A stretch of 64,000 nucleotides of DNA from an uncultured Acidobacteriota bacterium (GTDB lineage Bacteria > Acidobacteriota > Polarisedimenticolia > JACPZX01): assembly GCA_964568735.1 (NCBI GenBank), contig CAZMRF010000001.1, forward strand, positions 283,215-347,214, in the 5' to 3' direction. The position numbers were made by a program, and so were the translations under genes. The notes below the pieces were generated by a model that had not been told where the DNA came from, ran no database searches, and worked only from the letters and a program-made list of their open reading frames with translations. The stretch's first letter is position 1. The number at the start of each line of letters is the position of its first letter. Shown here piece by piece: positions 51,113 through 61,500 of this stretch.

Positions 51113-51300
51113 TCACGTCACGAAGCCCGATCCGGGGGGTGCTGCGGGTTGGACCCCTCGATCGTCTCTCAACCTGGAGGCGGCCAGGGGCGATTCTTTA
51201 CGAAGGCGGCCTGTGGATCCTGCCGGAGCCGTGGAAAACGCAAACAGACGCGTTTCCCACCGCTCCTTGGACGGCGCACACAACGCGCCGCCCACAGGCT

Positions 51301-51320
51301 TTATGCGCAGCTGCGCATAA
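51301..51320. repeat. Perfect 20-bp palindrome (TTATGCGCAG|CTGCGCATAA) abutting the RIT left IR.
   Basis: Seen directly in the sequence. It lies immediately outside the left 37-bp IR. Confidence 0.8.
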
Positions 51321-51357
51321 AGCCTGATATGCCCAGCGGGACGTTATGCGGAGCCGG
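51321..51357. repeat. RIT left terminal inverted repeat (37 bp, perfect).
   Basis: Exact reverse complement of 54515-54551. Confidence 0.9.
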
Positions 51358-51418
51358 TCTGCTTCCCCCTGTGCCCTTGTTGATCCTGATGAGGCCGCGC
51401 GCTCATAACCTCCTACAC

Positions 51419-52429
51419 CTACAACTGCTCCAGCCAGCCAAGTAGATCCTCCCTGTGCCGCGGGATCGCTGGCCCGGTGCTGACCGGCTTCGGGGCGGCT
51501 TCCAGCGCTCGACGCTTCATCTCCAAGTCCGCCTGCACGTACACCTCGAGCGTCTTGAGGTGAGCGTGGCCCAAGATGTCCTTGATGGTGACGGGGGAGA
51601 CCCCTGCCTGAAGCAGATGCATCGCCTTGGTGTGTCGCAGGGTGTGCGGGCTGATCCGCTTCCCGCGCAATGCTGGCATCCGGTTGGCTGCGACTCGACT
51701 GTACTTGTTAAGCAAGAAGGTCACACCTGAGCGAGTCATCTTCTCCCCGCGGTAGTTCCTGACAAGCGGCGATGTGTCACTGGACACGCGGCTGGTCTCC
51801 TTCAGGTGGTCCCCGACGATGGATGCCGTGGCAGGCAGCAGTGGAACGATCCGCTGCTTGCGGCCCTTGCCAGTGACCCGCACCAGTGGCATCCGCTCCA
51901 GGCGGAAGTCAGCAGGGCACAAATCGAGCAGCTCTTGAACGCGAGCACCCGTATCGTAGAGCAGAGCCAGCACGAGGTAATCACGGCGGCCTTGGGGCGC
52001 CCGTCGGTTCGGCCCGCCCAGGATGGCTCCCAGTTCCTCCTCGGTCAGATAGCCGAGAATCCGCCCCAGGGCCTTCTTGAACGGTATGGCCAAGATCCGT
52101 TGCCCGAGGGCAGCGGCCGCGGGATCCTGACTGACCGCGTAGCAGAAGAAAGAACGGATGGCCGCGAGTCTCGCGTTGCGTGTGTGGGCCGAGTTACCCC
52201 GTTGCTGCTCGAGGTATTCGAGGAAGCTCAGGATCGTCTGTGGGGCAAAGTCGTCCAACGTGAGTCGCGAGACTCGCTGGCTGTTCGAGTCGGTGATGTA
52301 GCGAAGGAACAGGCGGAAAGTATCGCGGTAGCTGGTGATCGTGTGCCCACTCGCGTTGAGTTCCGCCGCCAGATGGCGCATGAAGAACGACGTCACCAGA
52401 TCGGCAAGGTGAGCGCGGGGCGTGGTCAT
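51419..52429 (-). CDS. Tyrosine recombinase (third gene of the trio, RitC-like).
   Basis: Phage-integrase fold with R...HxxR...Y catalytic residues (HTLRHT...Y). Its ATG at 52429 overlaps the ritB stop (ATGA). Confidence 0.85.
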   Translation of the reverse strand: MTTPRAHLADLVTSFFMRHLAAELNASGHTITSYRDTFRLFLRYITDSNSQRVSRLTLDDFAPQTILSFLEYLEQQRGNSAHTRNARLAAIRSFFCYAVSQDPAAAALGQRILAIPFKKALGRILGYLTEEELGAILGGPNRRAPQGRRDYLVLALLYDTGARVQELLDLCPADFRLERMPLVRVTGKGRKQRIVPLLPATASIVGDHLKETSRVSSDTSPLVRNYRGEKMTRSGVTFLLNKYSRVAANRMPALRGKRISPHTLRHTKAMHLLQAGVSPVTIKDILGHAHLKTLEVYVQADLEMKRRALEAAPKPVSTGPAIPRHREDLLGWLEQL

Positions 52430-53391
52430 GAAGTCACCTCCGCCGTGATGAGGTCGCCGAAGCGGGCGAGATGGCGCCTGGTCACTTCGCCAACCAGATC
52501 CCGTGTCATGTGAAGGTAGACCTGAGACGTGTTCAGACCGACGTGGCCCAGGTAGGTCGCAAGCAGGGGGAGCTTCGCCCAAAGATCCGCGCCCGCCTCG
52601 TACCAGCTGAGCAGCCTGAGGACGGCAAAGGAATGACGAAGGTCGTGCAGTCGGGGACCACGGCCCCGCCCGTGGTGGTCGATACCCGCGATGACGAGCA
52701 CTTGGCGGAAGGACTTGTAGAGGCTTTTGGGAGCAGTGGGGCGGTGACCATCCGAGCGGGGAAAGAACGCATCGGCCGGGCGGCGACCGGCAACTTGCCC
52801 GGCCACAATGTCACGGTACGCACCTAAGCGTTCCGTGAGATCGGAGGTGAGTGGCACGAAGCGCGACTTGCCAAACTTGCCTTGGCGGACCGTGATCAGA
52901 CCGTTGACGAGATCGACGTCGTCGTCTCTGAGCGCGAGCACTTCACCGCGCCGGAGGCCGGTCAGCAGAAGCACCCTCAACGCAGTGGCGCGTACCAGCC
53001 CACGGGGAAAGGTCGAGCTAGTGGCAGGCAACTGCTCGCAGGCGTCCAGGAATCGGCCTGCCTCCGTCCGCGACAGCACACGGATCACAGGTCGGCGGCG
53101 CCGAATGCCGAGAAACCGTCTCGTTGGCACAAAGGTACGGGACTCCTCGACCACCAGGAACCGAGCCAGCTGGCGGATCACGGTGAGGTGATGAAGGCGG
53201 GAGCCATCATTCAGGCGGGAAAGGTACTCGCGCGTCATGGACTCACAGAGCACAGGTTCGCTTCTGGTTGCGAGGAACCTGTCGAACTCATGGAGAAACC
53301 CCTCCTCTCGGTGGTAGGCCAGGCCGAGAGAGCGCTTGTGCGCCAGAAAGCGCTCGATCTGGAATCCAACCGGGCTCACGAAGGCTCTCAT
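52426..53391 (-). CDS. Tyrosine recombinase (second gene of the trio, RitB-like).
   Basis: Integrase core (HDLRHSFA...Y). 4-bp overlap with ritA. Confidence 0.85.
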   Translation of the reverse strand: MRAFVSPVGFQIERFLAHKRSLGLAYHREEGFLHEFDRFLATRSEPVLCESMTREYLSRLNDGSRLHHLTVIRQLARFLVVEESRTFVPTRRFLGIRRRRPVIRVLSRTEAGRFLDACEQLPATSSTFPRGLVRATALRVLLLTGLRRGEVLALRDDDVDLVNGLITVRQGKFGKSRFVPLTSDLTERLGAYRDIVAGQVAGRRPADAFFPRSDGHRPTAPKSLYKSFRQVLVIAGIDHHGRGRGPRLHDLRHSFAVLRLLSWYEAGADLWAKLPLLATYLGHVGLNTSQVYLHMTRDLVGEVTRRHLARFGDLITAEVTS

Positions 53392-54395
53392 CCGCGCACC
53401 TCCGCTTCCGAGAGCGCTACCGAGCGCAATCCGGCCAGATCAACCTGGGCGTAGCGGCGCGTCGTGTCGACGGACATATGCCCCAGCACGTCGGAGATCG
53501 TGTCGAACGGGACGCCCTTCTCCAGCATCCGCGTCGCCAGGCAGTGACGTAACAAGTGAAGCCCGCGCCCGGGTCCCGAGAGAGTAATCCCTGCCGCCCG
53601 CACAGCTCGTCCCATCACAGTCCAGAGGTGATTGCGCCTCGCAATCGACCTGATGGGTGCCACGTGACGGACGAAGACCTCTCGCGCGGCACATGCAGGT
53701 CGGCCCTGATGGATGTACTCAACCAGCGCCTCGTCCACATCAGCAAGGAGTGGAAGTTCGAGCGGCCGTTGGGTCTTCGATTGCACGAAGACGAGGCGCT
53801 GCTCGCGCCAGTGGATGTTCTCGAAGCGAAGAGCACGGATGTCACAAGAGCGCAGGCCGAGACGTGCGGCCAGAAGCAATATCGCGTAGTCGCGCTTGCC
53901 CAGAGCGGTGGAACGATCCACGCCCGCGATGAGCCGCTCTACCGTCGCTTCGTCTACCACCTGCGGCGGCCGGCTCATCTGATAGACCCGTGGAACCTCC
54001 ACCGCATGAACCAGGTCGGTCGTCAATGCCCCTTGCAACCGCAGATAACTCAAGAACCCGCGCAGAGCCGATGCATGGACAGCGATGGTCGAACGCTTGA
54101 AGTGCTGGAGAGAGGAGACATAATCCCGGACGTGCCCCGCGCTCAGCTGGTGAAGATCGGCAATGCCAAGGCCTTCCAACCATGAGAAAAACCGGCCGAG
54201 ACCGTTCTCCAACTGGTGAGTGGTTCGGCGCCCTCGATGCTGGCGGACGAAGCTCAGATACGGAGGCACAAGGGTCTCGTAGAGTGAGAACGACGGACCC
54301 CCATGCACCCCAGACTGGCTGTCCACAGGCTCATCGTGCCGCGCTTGTTCGCAGGCGGATCCCGCCCGCCTGCGCATCGCCGACTCGCGCATCAT
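53388..54395 (-). CDS. Tyrosine recombinase (first gene of the trio, RitA-like).
   Basis: SAM-like N-domain plus catalytic core (HLLRHCLA...Y). Confidence 0.85.
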   Translation of the reverse strand: MMRESAMRRRAGSACEQARHDEPVDSQSGVHGGPSFSLYETLVPPYLSFVRQHRGRRTTHQLENGLGRFFSWLEGLGIADLHQLSAGHVRDYVSSLQHFKRSTIAVHASALRGFLSYLRLQGALTTDLVHAVEVPRVYQMSRPPQVVDEATVERLIAGVDRSTALGKRDYAILLLAARLGLRSCDIRALRFENIHWREQRLVFVQSKTQRPLELPLLADVDEALVEYIHQGRPACAAREVFVRHVAPIRSIARRNHLWTVMGRAVRAAGITLSGPGRGLHLLRHCLATRMLEKGVPFDTISDVLGHMSVDTTRRYAQVDLAGLRSVALSEAEVRG

Positions 54396-54514
54396 CCACC
54401 TCCGTTTCGACCAACGACAGACCTCCCCATGAGGTCGTTCGGTGACCAGAGGTTATGAGCGCGGTGGGTCGGACTGAACCAAGTGAATCTAGGGAGTTAC
54501 TGCCTCATCCGTCG

Positions 54515-54551
54515 CCGGCTCCGCATAACGTCCCGCTGGGCATATCAGGCT
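54515..54551. repeat. RIT right terminal inverted repeat (37 bp, perfect).
   Basis: Exact reverse complement of 51321-51357. Confidence 0.9.
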
Positions 54552-54632
54552 CCACAGGCCCGGCGAGAGCACTCTCTCTCAGATGATGCTTGAACCAATG
54601 GGAGCACCTGCACGATACTGACAACCCGCGAC

Positions 54633-54689
54633 CTCGAGTGGCCGGTTATCAAGTGTTCCCCGGTGGCCGCTTATGGGTGTTCGGTGACA
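54633..54689. repeat. IS21 right terminal inverted repeat.
   Basis: Reverse complement matches 48783-48840. It is followed by the ACGTGA target duplication. Confidence 0.75.
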
Positions 54690-54695
54690 ACGTGA
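54690..54695. repeat. Right target-site duplication of the IS21 element.
   Basis: ACGTGA is identical to the left flank. Confidence 0.7.
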
Positions 54696-54872
54696 TCCGG
54701 GTGCGTCGTAACAGAAGTCATGTTGTCCAGCGAGCTGAAACCTCGGGTGGTGCACAAGCTCGAGCTGGGCGGCAGTCCGTTGCGTCATTCGCGCTGAGGC
54801 CATCCACCCGCGCGATGACTATGGCGCGAGCGCTCATAGGACTCTTCGGTTGGATTACCCTCTTCCACCCGC

Positions 54873-55340
54873 TCAGCGGTCTGCTCTAGCCCCGATAGAC
54901 CCAATGCTTATAGCTATGCCGATGCCGATTAGGATCGCGACGGCCTGTCCCATAGACTTGCTCATCACATGCTCTCTGACTCCCGACATGGGGGAAACGC
55001 TCGAGAGTGAAAACATTAGCACACTCACTGAGATACCGAGCGCCATATGATTCAGCCCAATGCGTTTTCCCAAACGGCTTGTCAGCATCAAGAACGTTCG
55101 AGCCAATCCCTCTCCAACGAAATACCCCACTGAAGCGTATAGGCACCACAACAAAGAACTGAACCAAAACCCCCACTCGAAGCGTTCCGCTCCGACGATG
55201 CAGACGGTGACCCCCAAAGCAGCCGCAATGGAAACCAGTGATGCCCCCAGCCCACTCCACAAGTTATCCTTTGGCATGACCTCGTAGGCCCTACGCAGAA
55301 GACCTCCTCCAAGCATCAGCTCCAACCACCTCGGAGCCAC
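54873..55340 (-). CDS. Small 4-TM membrane protein, a candidate immunity protein for the upstream RHS toxin.
   Basis: Low GC (about 50%). Four hydrophobic helices. Located immediately 3' of the RHS gene on the same strand. No recognisable family. Confidence 0.45.
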   Translation of the reverse strand: MAPRWLELMLGGGLLRRAYEVMPKDNLWSGLGASLVSIAAALGVTVCIVGAERFEWGFWFSSLLWCLYASVGYFVGEGLARTFLMLTSRLGKRIGLNHMALGISVSVLMFSLSSVSPMSGVREHVMSKSMGQAVAILIGIGIAISIGSIGARADR

Positions 55341-55505
55341 TAGTTCTCCCGAGTGTCCAACATCGGATGTTGCCGCTCACAGCATTTTAGACAGGCATCC
55401 GTGCCCCTGGCCACCTCCCCTCTATCCCCGGCAGGTCGGATCGGCTCGTCGCTCGCGTCTCCTGAGCCCGAGGCCTCTTGCACATTCTCGCGGTCGTCGA
55501 CCCCG

Positions 55506-58500
55506 TCAGAAGTTCCTCAGCCGCTCCTCACTGTCCTTCTTGGCCTGCTCGGCATCTGCTTCATCTTGCTTATATCGATCGGAATGTTCACCTGGCGCCC
55601 GCTCACTCGAGTCGCCGCTCCTCTTCCCCTTATCGTTCCTCGTCGCATCGGGAAGGGGTACCCCCTTGCCCCAGCCGGGGTGCCATCCTCGCAGCTCACC
55701 GCCAATCTCCTCGGAGTCAGCCCCTGCCGCTTCGAGAATCCCGCTTGCTAGACCATTGCTGTTGTACTCGCCGGAGCCTGAACCGGTCGGACCGTACGGT
55801 TGGTTGTTCGGATATGATTGAAAAGCCTCGATGACATTCGCCTCAAACTGCTCCATGGTCTGGCCCTCGGGAGGCGTTAGCTCGACCGTTTGGTCCTCTC
55901 GACCGATATCGCGCTTGTCATTCACTTTGCCCGTTAGTTTGCCTTTTTCCCCCTCGAAGCCAGATAGTGTTATGGTCCCTGTGCTGCTGTTCACTAGGTT
56001 TGCGAACCTCGTCGCATTCTCTCCAGTCGGTGTAATGATAAAGAACGCGTGGTTGCCAGCAGGGGACCAATCAACATCCCTGCTCGCCAGCGTGACATCC
56101 TCGCCTGTGTCATCGCGGTATCCAACTGGATTGTTGGTAGCGTAGGAATACCGATTGAATCGCAGTGGGATATGTAGCCTGAGCGAAGTGATGGTGACAG
56201 GATCTGCCGCGAGGAACCGATGCTGATCACTGCCGTAGTATCGCGCGAACATGTAATCGAGTCTCGTGCTCTCGTCGCGCTCGTGTCCGGTGAAGCGGTG
56301 CGTGTTCCCTGTTACTGCCAGGCCCTGCCCAAGCATCTCCTCACTGAAGGGAAGATGCTTGGTCTCAAACGTCTTCTGGCCTGCCTCGTTCGTGATCACC
56401 CTCACTGTGCCGAGATGGTCCCACGAGAAGAACTCCCACTCGAACGCCTTGCCGGTCGCTCCCGTGATCAGGAGCAGGACGCTGTTGAGCCCACCCTCTG
56501 CCTCCAAGCTCACGCCGAGGAGGCTCGTCACACCGAAGCGCGCGGCGAGCAGCTCACCCGGGCCTTCTGTCCCAGCGCTTCCCTCAAGGGAGCCGGGCGC
56601 GGAACCCGGAGCCTCCCGTTGGGGCTCTTGCCATGAATCGTCCGCGGCAGGCGGGGTGATGCCTATCGGTCGTGACGCCCCGGACGCTTCAGATTGCTCC
56701 ACTTCCAGCAGCAGAGGCTTTTCCGGACTGATACTCCAGTCAGGTGATCTGCCCGATGCATCTTGGCCTCCCGCAGGTGGGGCATCTGCAGTGGGGCTCA
56801 GTGTTCGACCGGGACGTCCGGTCCTTCCTGGGAGATCACTATGCTGGAGAGAGGCGATCGCCACAGGGATATCAGAATCCGACAATCCGACCGGTACTTC
56901 TCGACCTTGTCCGTTCGAGACTCCTGCGCTGCGGTGAGCGGGTCCAGTACCGCCTCTGAACCTCTCCTCCGCGTGTCCCTCCCGGAGCAATGTGATCGTA
57001 GCCTCCGCCACTGCCGATTCGGGGAGATCATCATGGCTATCGGATCGCTTGGCCATCCTCCAGCCTGCTTCGCCGGGTGGCCCTTCGATGACCTCCGGGA
57101 GGTTGGAGACTGACGCGCGTCTGCCACCCCCCCGCAGCACAAGCGGCATCCTATGGCCCATCTCTTCTTCCTGCCACGTGTCACCGAAGACCTGAGGAGG
57201 GGCGCAGCAATAGATGTTGGGATCGTAGAAGGGCTGGCTCCCATCGAGGTCCGGGCAGGCGGTGTCGTCATCAACGACCTGGCGGTTTTCATCCACGCAC
57301 ACGTCCTGCGACATGAACGTCATCGTGATGACGGGGTTGTTCGGATCCGTCGTCTCGTAGAGGTTGATGATGTCCGCCCTCAGCGCATAGGCCCACACTG
57401 CGAGGCCGTTCGGGTCGACGGGGGGATTCACGTTGATGAAGCCCGCGGCGGGATCGAAGGTGAACGTATTGGGAGGAGGCGTGTAGTTCGGATCGGTCGG
57501 AGGGCGCTGCTGGATCAGCTTCCACTGAAGTACCTCGTAGGCGCTCCCCACGAGCGAACACTGCTTGAAGCCCTCCGCGTTGAAGTGCACTTTCCCAGCG
57601 ACGCCGAGATGAACGGTGGGGATGTTCGGCTCCAGAATCCACTCCAACCGTCGCACCAGCGAGTCTTCCGTCTCCTCCCCGGAAGTGCTGATACCGTTGA
57701 CGATGTAGTCGTACACTCGGCACCTGTCCACCCCCAGATCGACGTAATCCGGGTCGAAAGCATGGGTTGGGGGGATCTCCTCCCCCTCGGGAGGGTAGAC
57801 GTGGCTCACGGGCGCACTGTGCACAAGATCCCAGGCCTTTTCCGGGTCGCCCACCTCACGCCGGTACAACCGGAACTCATCGTACTCGGCCGCATTGATC
57901 CCTGCAGGGCCATACGCGATGAACGCCGACGCCCCGTAGAGACCCAGCAGGGCGTTCGCCTCGATCTGGGGAGCCTGGGGTGACGCCACACGGGGTCGTG
58001 CCTCGACGGTCGGGGACTTGCTGGATTCGTTGCCGTCGTAGTCCTTCGCGGACACCGCGTACACGTAGCTCTCACCGGGAGCGGGCAGCGTCAAGCCGCT
58101 ATCTGTCCACGCGGTCAGATAGGCGCTCGCCGTCCCTCGGAGCACCAACTGGTCAGGCCCTCCATTGGGGTCCTCCTCCAGCCTCCAGATCCGGAACTCT
58201 TGCAGATCGCTCTCTGAGCTCGGCCACCAGGCGACCGTGACCTCGTTTGCCAGCGGCCCCGGAGTGGCACGGACGCCCAAGGGAACAGCCGGTGGCATCC
58301 CGTCCTGCGGCGTCGCACTCACCAGCTCGCCCCAGTCCTCGCTCCCATCGGTGCTGACCCCCCGCAGCTCATAGAAGTAGGTCTGCCCGACGGACACGCC
58401 TAGATCATAGAACGTCGTCCCAGTCAGCGGGAACGTGTTGAGCTTCGCCCACGAGCTCGAGTTCGGATCGATCGTACGCCAGACGTTATAACCCTGAAAG

Positions 58501-61500
58501 ACCGTGGCCGGGTCGGCGACGAAGGGCCCGTTGTCTCCAGGGGCCCGCTCCCAGCTCAGCACGACGGCGTGCTCCGTCGCCGTGACAGTCAGTCCCAAGG
58601 CATTCGGATCCGGAGCCTGCAGGGTTGCGAAGGGTTGCATCCGCAGGCCCCGTGAGGTGACGCTTTCATCCGTGCCTCGCAACGCGGCGATTCTGTAGTG
58701 CCGGAACTCGCCGCTTCCGATCATGTTGGGGTCCTGCCACTGCAAAGCCGGGGTCGCTACCGTGGCGATCGGCACCCAGCCTCCGACCCACTCCTTCTTG
58801 TAAATTCGGAATCCCGTCACGTCCGCCTCAACCGCTGGGAACTCCAGCGTCACCCAATGTGGGCCTATCGCGGGCGACGTCATGTAGCTCTTGACGGCAA
58901 GCGGCTTCGGACGCAACTCCTCCGCCTTCCCGATCACGCGCCCGAGCGCGTAGAAGTAGTCCTTCTGCCAGAAGCCCGCGCTGAGGCCAGCGCCCGACGG
59001 GATGAACTCCGACAAGACGTTTCCCTCGCTGTCTCTCACGTAGAAGATTCGCTCACCCGTCTCCGGCGACTCCTTGTAGAACCTCATTCCTCCGGCATCG
59101 TAGGCGTAGACTCCGATCGGGTAGGTCTTGCTATCGTGCTTCACGGCGGCAAGACGGTTGCGGGAGTCGAAGAGATACCTCTGCGCGATGTCCTCTCGGA
59201 GGTTTCCCCGCTGGTCGTACTCGAAGAGCGATCCCGACTGCGTCAGGATTCTGTTGGTATAGGGATCGATGGAGAAGAGGGCCTGCGACGCCGACGCGCC
59301 GTTGTTGTTGGAGTCAACGGCCAGGATGTTTCCGAAATCGTCGTATTCCCACCACTGCTCGAACCAGGCCTGAGCCGGGGCCGTGTGGACGTTGTCGTCA
59401 TACATCCACATGTGCGTGAGGCGGCCCGCGAGGTCGTACTCGAAAAAGTCATAACCGATGTACGAGATGTTGCCCGCCCCGTCATACTCGTGAAAGCCCG
59501 TGTCCAATAGCCAGTTCACGGAACCCTGACCATTGTCGTGCTTCGCCCGGATCTGGCGCGGGCGGTACATCGAATCGTGCTCGATGATGTTCGTCACGCC
59601 GTTCGCGTAGGCTACTTCCTTGACGCCTCCGGCGTCGTTGTAGAGCACGTCCCGGATAAGCGACCAGTTGGGATCCGAGGGCGTCGCGAGAGGATTCCGT
59701 CTCGAGTCGTTCACCCTCTTGAGCATCCCGAACGAGTGCAGGTAGGACAGGTTTGCCACCTGATCGGCCGTGTAGGTGCTGCAATCCGCCGTGGCCGGAT
59801 ACCTCGTAGCGGCAGGCAGGCCGAGCTCGTTGTACGTGTAGCAGGTCGTGAACTCCGGGTCTCCCGCCTGGAAGCCCGAGAGACCGTCCCAGAGGGAGAA
59901 CTGGGTCTTCTCCTGGCCCAGCCGTCCATTCAGCCCATCGTAGAAGAAGCGTCTGGAGGCCGTGGCGGAGCCGGTCTCGTCGAAGGACCAGACGCGGGTC
60001 AGCCGGCCGAGCCCATTGGTCACCAAGGCATCGTCATACTCATAAGCAGCCCGCGGCGTAAGAGGACCGAATCCCCCGCCAGGCATGGGGATCTCCTGCT
60101 CGACGAGCGCGAGACGCCCCGCCGCGTCGTAGTCCAGCGTCACGCGCGTCCCATCCGACTCGACCTTCTCCAGCAGCCTGCCCTCGGCGTCGTACCGCAC
60201 GTACAGGACTGTCCCCTCTTCGGGTGAGATGGCGACGCGCACCTGCCCCAAGCCGTCATAGTCGTATGTCCGATGCTGGATGAATGGTTCGTAGTAGGTG
60301 TCGCCCTCCACGAGCTCAACGCGCAGAATGTCTCCCACCGCGTCGTAGATGTAGCGCGCGTCTGCACCCTCCGGAGAGTCCACATAGGTGAGCCTTCCGA
60401 AGGCATCCCGGCGTTGCCGGGTGACCGAGGAGGCGCTTCCGAGCGTTCCCGGGGAGGCGTTGATGTCACGTATGGTTGCTACCGAATCGGTCCCGGAGTA
60501 GGCGAACTCCGTCGTTGCACCGTCCGCGCGTGTGACCTTGTGAATCCGTCCGAAGGGATCCGGAGCTGTCAGCCCGTTATCCTGAAAGCTGTAATCGTAA
60601 TAGGTCCCGAGGTTGTCCCCCGAAGCCGAGGGGCAAGGTGGGGAACCTGCCTGCCAGGTCGCCCACTCCGAGACGTACGTCTGGCGATCCAGCTTGTCGT
60701 AGCACATCCTCTGCGACACGAGCTGACTCGCGCTCAGCCACCGCCGGCGCTCGACGTGACGGCCACGTTTGTCGAGGTAGTTCCGCTGCTCGATTCGATC
60801 GCTGTTCGGATCACCCGTCACGACTCGGCTCTCCCAAATCGACGGATAGGAGATCTCCGTAGGAAGCTCCACGCCCGATGGCTCGATCCGTGTGAGCCGG
60901 CCGCGCGCGTCATACCAATAGGATGTTGCGATTCCCGAAGGATCTCTGCTCATCAGAATGAGCCCGGTCGCCGGATCCCGATCGACGTCGAAGCTGAAGT
61001 ACGAGAACTCCTCCTCCTGGTCGTTCGGATCCAGCGCGAGGGTGACTTTCTGCGTGATGTACGGTCCCGTGTGATAGAACCGCGTCCCGTACCAGGAGCC
61101 GTCGTCGCCGCCCGAGACGGAGTTACTCTCCAGTAGTCCCGTGTCGGGATCGTAGTTGAAGGTCTGCACGATGTCCGCCGTGCTCTGAGCCGGAGGGGCC
61201 ACTGCCCTCCGGACCGTCTTCAGCTTGCCGTCGTCCTCGTAGGTAAACCAGCTCTTCCGTAGAACGCTGCCCGATCCATCCTCGATCCATGATTCTGTCA
61301 GAGCGTCCTTGACCCAGTTCGCATACATCGGCCCGCTCTGAGGCTCGATATAGAGCCGCTGCGTCGTCCGCTCGGGGATGTCCTGAGATTCAAATCCGAA
61401 CTCCTTCGTGACCTCGAAGTGACCATACGGGACGGGGGCCTCGTTGAGGACCCGAACCTCCTTTCCGACCTCCGGGTACGTCGTCCTCGTCCTGGTCAGC

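Larger units (their letters stand above)
51321..54551 (-). mobile_element. Recombinase-in-trio (RIT) element. Three tandem overlapping tyrosine recombinase genes bounded by perfect 37-bp inverted repeats.
   Basis: IR-L 51321-51357 (agcctgatatgcccagcgggacgttatgcggagccgg) is the exact reverse complement of IR-R 54515-54551. The ritA/B/C-like genes lie between them in the characteristic order, with 4-bp overlaps. Confidence 0.85.
48783..54689 (+). mobile_element. IS21-family insertion sequence (istA-istB) carrying a nested RIT element in its right arm.
   Basis: TGT...ACA termini. About 55-bp imperfect terminal IRs containing tandem IstA-site-like repeats (GAACACCCAAATGCGGCCA / GGAACACCTGAAAACCGGCCA). 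istA and istB are intact. A 6-7 bp TSD flanks the element. Confidence 0.85.
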
